A stretch of DNA of 64,000 nt from Macrostomum lignano (lineage: Eukaryota), in contig NIVC01002901.1 in assembly GCA_002269645.1 (NCBI GenBank), positions 1 through 64,000 on the forward strand. Reading direction: 5' to 3'. Under the pieces are notes generated by a model that was not told the DNA's origin, did no database searches, and saw only the letters and a list, made by a program, of their open reading frames with translations. Of the stretch, positions 43,101 to 53,955 are shown one piece after another. Each line of letters begins with the position of its first letter. Position 1 is the stretch's first letter. The position numbers and the translations under genes are program-made.

Positions 43101-46100
43101 GCAGTTTGAATGCGATTCTTAGCAGTCTGAGGGCGATTCTTAGCAGTTTGAATGCGATTCTTAGCAGTCTGAAGGCGATTCTTAGCAGTCTGAAGGCGAT
43201 TCTTTCAAACATTTCCAAGGCAGGAGCAGCTGTCTATTCGGCATGATTTAATAAGAAACTAATAAAGCTAAGCGTGTGGAAGATCTCACCTGAATCCGGT
43301 GAGTCTGCAGCAGGGTGAACAGCGGTTCGAACAGTCTCTGCGTGTACTCGGGCTGCTGCAGTCGCTCAGGTCGCAGTCGCAGCGAGTGCACGGCGATGCG
43401 CAGCAGCGACCTCGTCGCCTGGTACAGCCGATGCGACGGGTCCTCGCTGCCAGGCTGCTGTTGCTGGCCCCCTGATGCGGACTCCTTGGCTTTGAAGTCG
43501 GCCTTGAGCCCCTCGGCCAGGTGGCGCAGCACGGGCTCGTGCACGTCCGGCGGCAGATCGTCCGGCTTCAGGTCGGCCAGGACGGCCTCCAGCTCCTCGC
43601 CGGCGGCGGCGGTGGAGTAGGGCGCCAGCAGGCACAGCAGGGTGCCGAAGGCGGACGCCTCCAGCCGAGGGTCGGGGAGGAGGCCGAGCACGCAGCGGAG
43701 GAGGCGGGGGAAGAACGCGGCGGCGTCCCGCTGGTCATCCTGAGAGAAGTGCAGGTGCTCCCTCTGCACAGCTTCCAGTCGGAGGTGCAGCAGCGAGCTG
43801 ACCCGCCAGTTGGTGCTGAGCTCCGTGCTGCACTGGCCCAGGCTCACCGTCAGGCTGTTGCGCCGGGCCTTCGGGTCCTCGGGAGTCGGCGACAACAGGT
43901 AGCTGGGGGTTGAGGATGAGGCAGGTGAGCTAGATGAGGCACTGGGTAGATGAGGCACTGGGTAGATGAGGCACTGGGTAGATGAGGCACTGGGTAGATG
44001 AGGCACTGGGTAGATGAGGCACTGGGTAGATGAGGCACTGGGTAGATGAGGCACTGGGTAGATGAGGCACTGGGTAGATGAGGCACTGGGTAGATGAGGC
44101 ACTGGGTAGATGAGGCACTGGGTAGATGAGACACTGGGTAGATGAGGCACTGGGTAGATGAGGCACTGGGTAGATGAGACACTGGGTAGATGAGGCTCTA
44201 AATAGATGTGACAATGAGTAGATGAGGCACTGGGTAGATGAGGCACTGGGTAGATGAGACACTGGGTAGATGAGGCACTGGGTAGATGAGGCACTGGGTA
44301 GATGAGGCTCTAAATAGATGTGACAATGAGTAGATGAGGCACTGGGTAGATGAGGCACTGGGTAGATGAGGCACTGGGTAGATGAGACACTGGGTAGATG
44401 AGGCTCTAAATAGATGTGACAATGAGTAGATGAGGCACTGGGTCATACCGTCTAGTGAGATCCCTGTCCGTCATTAGTGGCGCCTTCTCAAACACGGTCA
44501 GCTTGTACTCGCCGTCCTTCTGCAGACAGGGCGTGGCGTTGAGCATCTCCTGGTGGAAGGTGTTGTGCAGGAACAGCACCGAGTACCCGATCGGCCGCTC
44601 GTCTCCGCGCGCCTTGGACGATCGGTGCCGAATCTCGAAGCGGACGTGATGGCTGGCCAGGTTGTCCATGATGGAGTCCAGGTGCAGTCGGATGAGCTCG
44701 TCCCAGCGCGGGTGGCCGTTGTGGTAGAAGATGACGCTGCGGTACTCGTCCCCGCTCTGCTGAGAGCGCAGCTGGCGCTGGTCGCCGTGCAGGGACAGCC
44801 GGTGGTTGCCAAGGACTCCGGAGACCGGCTTACCGGCTTTGTCGCACACCTGGACGGCCAGCTGTAGTAGGGAAAATGCGGGGACTACCGCTGTGCCTAC
44901 CGCAATAGGGAAACTGCTGAGTGAGGCTACCGCTGTGCCTACCGCAATAGGGAATCTGCTGAGTGAGGCTACCGCTGCGCCTACCGCAATAGGGAAACTG
45001 CTGAGTGAGGCTACCGCTGTGCCTACCGCAAACAGTCCCATATCAAGCAGTAGCAAACCCGGCTCACCTCCACATTGGGCTCCGAGTGCTTGTTGCTGGA
45101 CCGCTCGAGTTCGGCGGTGGCAAGTCGCAGGTAGGCCAAATTCCTGCGCTGCTCGGCCACCCGCGGCCCGGAGCCGAGTTCGAGCCGCCTGGCAACCACC
45201 AGGCTTGGCGGCGCATCGGCCGAGTCAGCGGACACGGCTGCAGCAGCGGTGGCGGCTCGAAAGGCCACCCGCTGAACGCGCAGCGCCAGACAGCCGTTCC
45301 GCTCGTCGCTCCGCTTTGCCGTCAGTTCATCGAGCGTCAGCCGCTCGTCCTTAGTGTCGGTGATGGGCACCAGGTTGGAGGTGAGCGTCACCGGCTCCCC
45401 GGTGCTGTCCGGCACCTGGCTCAGGTCGAATGTGGCCACGGCGAAAGGCCTGCGAAATAAGCCGCTGCCCGCTGGACCGCCGGCGTGCCCGCTGCCGCTG
45501 CCGCGTCCGCTGCCTATGATGCCACCGATGAGGGGCCGTGTAATCTTCGGCGGGTCCAGCTTGCCGTGGCGGCAAATCTACCGGGTGGTTTAGAAAAACT
45601 TTTGGAGTGCTTTGTGATACTGGGGACTCTGTGATGCAGGGGGCTCTGTGATGCTGGGGACTCTGTGATGCAAGGGGCTCTGTGATGCTGGGGACTCTGT
45701 GATGCAAGGGGCTCAGTGATGCAGGGACTCTGTGATGCAGGGGACTCTGTGATGCAGGGGGCTCTGTGATGCTGGGGACTCTGTGATGCTGGGGACTCTG
45801 TGATGCAGGGGGCTCTATGATGCTGGGAACTCTGTGATGCTGGGGACTCTGTGATGCTGGGGACTCTGTGATGCTGGGGACTCTGTGATGCTGGGGGCTC
45901 TGTGATGCTGTGAATTTTGGGCTCTGTGATGCTGGGGACTCTATGATGCTGTGGATGTTGGGCTCTGGATGCTGGGGCCACAAACGCGGTACAAAAACTT
46001 CAATTAAGCGCCAAGCGACCCACCTGGGCCACCAGCACGAAGTCGCTGCCATCCAGACGGAGCACCTCGCCGAACAGCGCCGATGCGGATGTTCGACAAC

Positions 46101-46902
46101 CGGAGGAGCGGGCGGCGGCCTCCGAGACAAAGGCGACGGGCTCCCAGGCGGAGGGCTTCAGGGTGCGGTTGTAGGAGGCGCGCAGGGTGAGGGTGATCTC
46201 CAGGGTCTCCGGGCAGGCGGACTCGAAGCGGACCGGGGTGGCCTGGAAGCCGAGGTCGCCGACGGTGAGGCGGGCGTCGGGAGCCGGGGTGATCATTACG
46301 GTCTTGGCCGTCTCGTCCATGTGTTTAAAGGCGCCGACAAAGGAGAATTCGAATGGATTGGCGACCTCTTCGAAGCGCGAGTTGCGCATGACGGTGTCGA
46401 ATCCGTAGGCCTGGTTGCCGGAGTCCAGCTTCCTGGTGGCCACGGCCGCCTGCTGGGTGGCCTCAGCCGCGGTGAGGCGCACAGACTCCAGGTGCTGCGC
46501 CATCTCGCGCAACTCGCGGAACAGCTCAGCGGCCTGGCCGAGGTCCGGCAGCGGCCGGCGAAGGTCCTCAAATTGGCGGCTGATGCAGTTCAGCCAGTTG
46601 GGGAGGGTCCGCTGGATCTCTGAGATCACGCCCGCTGCCGCCGGGCTCTGGAAACGGCGCTGGTGCGGCTCGGCGGCCTCAAGGAGACGAACGTGGCTCT
46701 TGGGGAAAACTCCTTTCTTAGAGGAATCGCTCCACAGGTGGCCGTAGTACCAGTTGGTGTACTGGCTGACCAGGGCGAGCTTGTCGCCAACCACAAGCCG
46801 GAGGTGCTGCTGCTGCTGCTCCTGGGGGCAATAGTTGTAGAGGGCGACAGCAACAGGCCGGCCGGAGTCAGCGCCGTCGAGGCCAATCCACGGCATGGAC
46901 AT
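37132..46902 (-). CDS. DOCK1: DOCK1/2/5-type (DOCK180/CED-5/Mbc) Rac guanine nucleotide exchange factor, about 1814 aa, 9 exons
   Basis: Exons 46902-46024, 45577-45068, 44861-44449, 43902-43290, 42586-42107, 41641-41051, 40457-39906, 39048-38239, 37728-37132, all GT-AG and in frame (5445 nt). SH3 (VALYNY..WYYG..KKGVFPKSHV), DHR-1 (YRSVIFYHNGHPRWDE), DHR-2 (RYLYKLCQLHESAGNWAEAG; SGIVCATVGGG), Pro-rich tail PPAVPPK. Exact paralog assignment uncertain. Confidence 0.92.
37770..38190 (+). repeat. ~36-bp minisatellite in DOCK intron 8
   Basis: gcataaacgagaatcgatacatatcggcagttctgt repeated. Confidence 0.93.
39075..39840 (+). repeat. ~21-bp minisatellite in DOCK intron 7
   Basis: gagggcgagtctcggggtgctt / gagggcgattgtcgggtgttt repeated. 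Confidence 0.93.
40507..40985 (+). repeat. 28-bp minisatellite in DOCK intron 6
   Basis: ctgaggatctgggaggctggcccagcaa repeated. Confidence 0.95.
41670..42085 (+). repeat. 20-21-bp minisatellite in DOCK intron 5
   Basis: actttccctagaaatcctgag repeated. Confidence 0.93.
42605..43205 (+). repeat. 21-bp minisatellite in DOCK intron 4
   Basis: gcgattcttagcagtttgagg repeated. Confidence 0.95.
43930..44443 (+). repeat. 16-bp minisatellite in DOCK intron 3
   Basis: ctgggtagatgaggca repeated. Confidence 0.95.
44885..45032 (+). repeat. 42-bp minisatellite in DOCK intron 2
   Basis: ctaccgctgtgcctaccgcaatagggaaactgctgagtgagg, about 3.5 copies. Confidence 0.9.
45620..45975 (+). repeat. 18-19-bp minisatellite in DOCK intron 1
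   Basis: gggactctgtgatgctgg repeated. Confidence 0.93.
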
Positions 46903-47599
46903 GGCGGGACTGGCCGGCTTATTTAACCAAACCGAGTATTATAATTAGCCCTGCACTGCTAAACCTGGCAAGCCGGAAGCCAATTATGCACGCCGCAGGG
47001 GCCAAGAATCCAATTCAAGCGGCTTAGACAGGAAGCCAAAGGTGTTCACTTGCTGCTGCTGCTTCTACTGCCGGGCCCAGCCGAGGCTGGAAATTCGCAA
47101 ATTTGCTCGGCAAGTTGCTTTTTTCTATCTTGAAATTCCCTCTTAACCCCCCCCCCCCTGCGCGCTGCTTTGCCGTCTGTCTGTGGCTGTGGCGGCGGGC
47201 CAGTGGCCAGCGCGGGGAGATAGCATTGGGGGTTGGGTCAGAGATGCAGGCTGTACACTCAGATAATGTACATTACAAACACGGACAGTGCGGCATTCTT
47301 CTCTACCCCTTCAGCTCTTTCACTCAAATTTCATAGTTAGCGCAATTTCTGTGCCCTATGCAGAACTTTGCTAGCCCTCTGGACTGAGCTTGTGCAGCGC
47401 CGGCTTGAAATGACATTAAATTCGAAATTAATAAGACAATTCGCAGTATCAAGGAAGAAATGCATTGGAGGCCTGCAAATTTAAATTGACTGAACCACTG
47501 GCCAAACATTTACGAGCGTAGCTTTGTTTTGATTATGCAAATGTGGCTTGCATTGGTCTGATCGATGATTCTTGGGACTGCCGACTCCAGTATTGGTAG

Positions 47600-48498
47600 A
47601 TAAACTGGTCATACTACTGCCAGTTGTGCATATAAACTGGTCATACTACTGCCAGTTGTGCATATAAACTGGTCATACTATTGACAGTTGTGCATATAAA
47701 CTGGTCATACTATTGACAGTTGTGCATATAAACTGGTCATACTATTGACAGTTGTGCCTATAAACTGGTCATACTATTGACAGTTGTGCATATAAACTGG
47801 TCATACTATTGACAGTTGTGCATATAAACTGGTCATACTATTGACAGTTGTGCATATAAACTGGTCATACTACTGACAGTTGTGCATATAAACTGGTCAT
47901 ACTATTGACAGTTGTGCATATAAACTGGTCATACTATTGACAGTTGTGCATATAAACTGGTCATACTACTGACAGTTGTGCATATAAACTGGTCATACTA
48001 TTGACAGTTGTGCATATAAACTGGTCATACTATTGACAGTTGTGCATATAAACTGGTCATACTATTGACAGTTGTGCATATAAACTGGTCATACTACTGA
48101 CAGTTGTGCATATAAACTGGTCATACTACTGACAGTTGTGCATATAAACTGGTCATACTACTGACAGTTGTGCATATAAACTGGTCATACTACTGACAGT
48201 TGTGCATATAAACTGGTCATACTATTGACAGTTGTGCATATAAACTGGTCATACTACTGACAGTTGTGCATATAAACTGGTCATACTATTGACAGTTGTG
48301 CATACAAACTGGTCATACTATTGACAGTTGTGCATATAAACTGGTGATACTACTGCCAGTTGTGCATATAAACTGGTCATACTATTGACAGTTGTGCATA
48401 TAAACTGGTCATACTAGTGCCAGTTGTGCATATAAACTGGTCATACTATTGACAGTTGTGCATATAAACTGGTCATACTAGTGCCAGTTGTGCATATA
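47600..48498 (+). repeat. 32-bp minisatellite (actggtcatactattgacagttgtgcatataa)n
   Basis: Direct reading; period 32. Confidence 0.96.
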
Positions 48499-49009
48499 CC
48501 AGTAAAATATAAATTGGTTGGGGGGGGGGGGACATGCCAATGCTTTGTCCTCCCACCCCCACCTTGTGACCTATTCTGGTAATCAATAATTTTTCTTCAG
48601 GGTGCCAAAATGAGTGCCTGTGGTGCTAAAAGGAATGCCTGTGGCGCCAAAATGAGTTCTTATGGCGCCAAAATGAGTGCCTGTGGCACTAAAATAAGTG
48701 TTTGTGTCACCAAAATGAGTACTTGCAATGCCAAAATGAGCATTCTGTTCATAATGACACCAAGAAGCTAGGTTTGGCAAAGTGACAAAGTTGGAAATGG
48801 GATAGGGGAGAATAAACAAAGAGATAATAAGGCTAGGACTCAACTTTATGAGCTTAAGTTGACATAATATTCTCAATTATCCCCTTGCTTGTTCTCCTAT
48901 ATCCCAAGTTCAACTTTTGTCACTGCCAAATCTACTGCAAACAGAATGATATATCGTTTGTATACATAGTAGATTACTTAGGCTCCATTTTATAAATAAA
49001 TTGATTTAA

Positions 49010-49649
49010 TAGTGTTCCGCTATAGCCATAGCTACGGCTACAGGATCCTATGGCAAATATGGTAAAATAGGTGCCTATGGCAACTACAGATATACCTACG
49101 ACGGTAGCTAGCTGCTCTTACGGCTATGACTATGGAAATATGGTAGTTGCTGTCACATTCCATAGATTCCCGTAGCCGTAGTTATTAATGTTAAAAATTG
49201 AAAAAATATTAGAAACAGGTAGAGTAAAACAAAGATACTTTTAGTAAACTATATTATCAACCTAGAAACTTATAAAATATACTTAAAAAAGTACAATAAA
49301 ACACTAGCAAACTCTAATTTTTATTAATGTGAAAAAGTTTAGCATTAGTACTTTCAATAACAATTAAGTATTGTTGCTCTGAAAAAAGATGAAATATAAT
49401 CTTACAAATACAATTAAGTGTTTCTTTTATTTTTATATTTAATTTGCAGTTGTTTAAGCACTAGGTTATCTTCTTGATTCAAAATATTTTGTTTTTTAGA
49501 CTTTTTGTTAAAACCATGGCTACAGCGACAGGAACTACGGGAATATGGTAATTTTGGGGTCCCTATGGCTACGGAATACGGAGAATTGGAGTAAGCCATA
49601 GTTTTGCTTATGGCTACGGTACATGGACCCTCCTTATGGCGGAACACTA
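49010..49649. mobile_element. MITE-like non-autonomous DNA element, about 640 bp
   Basis: Inverted ends tagtgttccgc (49010-49020) and gcggaacacta (49639-49649) including TA; subterminal inverted motifs ccatagattcccgtag and ctacgggaatatgg; repeated atggctacgg motifs. Confidence 0.6.
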
Positions 49650-49927
49650 ATTTAAATTGACAGGCTCTTTATATATTAAAAGTTCAAGAAGTTCAATTTG
49701 CATATTAAATAAATAGTGTTAGGGATATATCTTAATTTTTCAAATGATTCTTTTATCATTATAGTCCTTTAGGTAGCAGGTTATGTCCTCTTGGTCTTTT
49801 AAGTAGTATTCTTTATCCTTTTAGTCTTTTAGATAACACTTTTTATCCTTTTAGTCACAAATAAATGTATTATCTTGATACTTAGAATTAAGAGAAATTA
49901 TTAGTTTAGCTTGAAAAAAACATTTAT

Positions 49928-50715
49928 GGCCCATTCCATATAAGATAGACATATTTGGGAAATAGAAAAAAGTCAATATTTTTGCTTGTCATTGCCTTAT
50001 CAGCCATTTTTTTACCAAATCTTTTTTGTATGTAATGTATACAATCTAAGAATAAATAAATGATAAAATGTTGGATTAGTATGTTATCAATTGGCAAAAA
50101 GTTATTTTTTGTAAAAAATTGGACATTTTCTAAGCAAAAGACATCATTAAGTTTATTTACCTTTTAAAAACAAATAGAAAGCTTTAAAAGGTTAAAACAA
50201 ACTATATATAAAATTATAGTACTTGCATCATCAGATAAAAACATTATCAACCAAATAAACTATTATATTTTTAATATATTAGTACTTCAAAGTTACTGAA
50301 TTGACAGAAAAAAAATGTTACAAACATAATGTTATGACCATAAGGCTGCTTTTTCTTTTGTATCTTTGTTGCCTTTTTGAGTTTATATATTCTAATAAAA
50401 GAGTATGACTTCTAAAGATGTTCTTAGTCAAATTTAAAAAAAATTATTGCAAAATATCAAAAATGAAAAATGTTATAAGACTTTTACCTTTTAGTTTCTA
50501 TATGTCAAAAATCCTGTTGTTACGACCATAAGTGCCATTCAAGGTTTAATAGCATCTATACTAATGATGATATCTATATGAAACTTTATAAACATATTCT
50601 TGATAAATAGTCTTTTATTCAAAATATTGGTTTAGTATATTCTATTATTATTTCATTTCATTTTATAAGTAAGAATAGTCTGTCATGTTACGACCATAAT
50701 TATATGGAATGGCCC
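49928..50715. mobile_element. Second MITE-like non-autonomous DNA element, about 790 bp
   Basis: Inverted ends ggcccattccatataa (49928-49943) and ttatatggaatggccc (50700-50715, 1 mismatch); internal repeated gttaYgaccataa. Confidence 0.55.
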
Positions 50716-53700
50716 TTATACTATTTAAACCATAAGCCTTTAAATTAGTAGCAAAATTTTGCCTGATCTATATTCTAAAGTCTAATCAAATTAAATTGAG
50801 AAAAACTATTTGCTTATTATCAATATCATACCTTATTTTTAGGCCTTGTGTCATTTTAAAATTTTATTAAACAATTATATACTTATATTTTGTAATTTTG
50901 AAATAATAGACCCAAAATTAAATTGATTTCAAAGCTACAATACCTTTAAAATGTAATCTAGGGATTTATTAACTATGATTTTTTTGTGTGTAATTGGAAC
51001 TAGACTATATGTGAAACCATGCATGATTGTGAAATTTTTATAACATAGATTTTAATTTAAACACAGAACTATTAATATTAATACTACTAAGTCTAATATT
51101 TTTTATTTTTAAGCTTTGTTTTTTATGTTTTTTGTTTGATATTATTTTATTTTGAGGCTTTATTATATCTGCACTGATTTGTTACAATTTTGGTTTGGTT
51201 TGGTTTGGTTTTTGGTATTCTATGACTTAAAAAAGTAAGATTTAATTCAAGAAATTCATGAGTTATGATTGGCAAAATACTGTGAATGATTTTTTCCTTG
51301 TGACCATAGTTTTTATATGACCATATCGCAGTTGATCCTCAATGTAATCTAATAATAATGACTATAAATATGTAAGATTATTTGAGCATTATATATGAAT
51401 GAAATATTTAAAAAAACATGGCTTTCCAAAAATAGAAATATTGTATTTGCATAGCAAGTTTGGCTATTTTAGTGGCAATCTAAATCTAATAATTAAAATT
51501 AAAATACAAACTAAAATTCCAAACTAGAGCAAAAGATTAAATAAAAATTTAAAAAATGAAAATGTGTTAACCATAAAGAATTTTGGCATAATTATTTTGC
51601 TTGTATCATTTGCATAATATTATTTAAAAGTATCTAAATATAATTAAATAAAAAAATTCTTTATTTTAGAGGGCTAGCTAGGCCTACATTGTCTAGTTAT
51701 AGGGTATATTTATATGGTTTCAACTCCTAAACTAACCAAAACTAGGATCTAAGTTCATTTCTTGGAGTTTTAAGCTATTAGAATTGTCTTATTTAGTAGG
51801 CTAAATAAGTTTGTTTCTAATACTAATAGAAATATTGCATAATAAATTATAATGACCTGGCATTATTAATTAGGCCCTAGTACTACCAAAAAGAGTAGTC
51901 AAATAGAGTTGACTATAGAGTAGTTAAAAAGATAGTATAAAACCTAGGTAGCACATAAAGCAGCACATCTTTATATTTGTATAGTAGGCCCATGAAGGCC
52001 ATGATTGATTCATTGGCCATGAATAAGCCTAGCCTCCCTCAGACGCTCAGCAGCTCTTGCCTCTTGTCTTGGTATTGTATTTGACACATATAATAGTAAA
52101 AGAAGTTATAGTCTGGCAACGAATTAAAACGCAGATTTTCAACTCATGCATCCACTGTTCATTCAGAATTGTTGATCCACAGAATCAGAGGCTCATGCAG
52201 GGAGGCACGATGGTGTACGATCGAAGCAAACAAACCATTTTTTTTCACTTTCTAAGAAAATCGAAGAACTGAACTTCATTTGTATTTTTTACGATTGTAT
52301 TAACGAGATTAGTACCAAAGAGCTTCTTCGTTTCAAGTTTTGCTGTCTAAGATGTATACAGAATCTAAAACTAAGCAATGAATCGAGCGTCAAAAATGTT
52401 TCTTTTTTCTTATAACTCATTGCTAAACAAAGGCTGAACAACAAGTAGGCTTTTCATATTACCGATTTCAGAACCAGAATCGGTTCGGATCTTCCAAGAA
52501 AAAAGCAGTAGTGTAGCTATTTAACTTGGTTGAATGTTTGACTGCCTTAACAGCCTTACTTTGCACAATTTTTTGACTTTCTTCATGGCTATTCCCATTC
52601 AATAATTGCAACTTTATAGCACATATCTCTCTCTAGTTTAGGAGACAAAAGTTATACTTTACAAATTGGATCTGGCTCTAGAACCAGAACGAGCAAGCAA
52701 TATGAAAAGGTCCAAGGAAGTTCATTAATTCAAATCGTTCCCTGCAACTTGCAACAGTGCGACATATGAGACGGTACCCTATGAATTTTGTCCAGTCCAA
52801 GCTGATTTTGCCGTACATGACCTATTTTACCACCTGGTATATGTACACAGCACCCGGTAAAATTTATACAACACTATAACGTGTAGAACAGACAGTAATG
52901 CATGCATGTGCATAAGACCATCGTGTATACATGCTCATGTCAATGACTACTTATTTAATCAGCAATACTAATTGCATAGTGCAATTATATCGTCTAACAA
53001 ATTTATTTAACTAGTTCTAGCCTTTCGTGCCTTACGGGAACATATTAATTCTATGATATTTACATGTACATTTTATACATTAGATACGGTTTGGATTGCG
53101 GTTATTGTTAGTTTACTAGAGCTCTAGCATAATTCTATAGATTTTTTATACTTCAAATATATGATCATCTGTTATAGTGTAGGAGCAACGTCAATGAGCT
53201 AGGTCATTAGGGGGGGGGGGGTTGGAGAGGCTGTGTTTACCTCCTTTAGCTATATGCGTGCATGCTGATCGCTTCTTAATTTGTGAGTTAGGGATTCTTT
53301 TATTTCCATACTGGCCTGTTTCGATTTTATAATTGTACTTGTAAGTACAACACATGTAGTAGTTACTGCAAATGGAAGTGAGAATTGAAGTGCAGCTGAT
53401 CTCTGTGTGCAAGCAATTCCTATCGGCAGACGGTACCCACATGTAGCTCGCATGTTAGTTGTTTTGCTAATGCATAGATGATTCTAGCTCAGACAAAAGC
53501 GCAAATGAAAAATAATATCACGCCTGTACTTGATGTTGAAGCAAAAGAGAAATGGCGAAGAAACACAAAATACGCAGTGTGGTGAATCAGTTTTCAATAT
53601 GGGAAAACGGAGACACCAAAGCCAATCAAGACATCAAAATGCGCATCTGTCTGGCAACTTGTATTTGTCTGTTCGAAAAAGGGAATGAACCATAATATAA

Positions 53701-53955
53701 AATATAATATACTGACTGATGAAGCTGTAGACCTGGATGGTTGTGTGTATGCAACACAACTAAAAAAGAACAAAACTTCTCAAACAAATAGCTGCAAAAA
53801 GTGTAGGCAAAAAAAACAAAAGCAACGCAACAGCTGGCCAAAAAATGGCCTACCAACGAAAAATGAGCAAAAAAAATTTTCTTCATGCGAAATTGCATTA
53901 CTGCTGTTTTCAAAGCAAAACTAACTAAAAAAGTTTACTAGTAAGGCCTGTAACT

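Larger units (their letters stand above)
48540..53950. other. AT-rich non-coding island, most extreme at about 48900-51960
   Basis: Sampled line 50041-50100 has 13/60 G+C, against GC-rich flanking genes; no long ORFs. Confidence 0.85.

Noticed and set aside
47600-48498. CRISPR-like appearance of the 32-bp array (and of the 28-36-bp arrays)
   Set aside because: Units are head-to-tail with no unique spacers, no cas genes, eukaryotic context.
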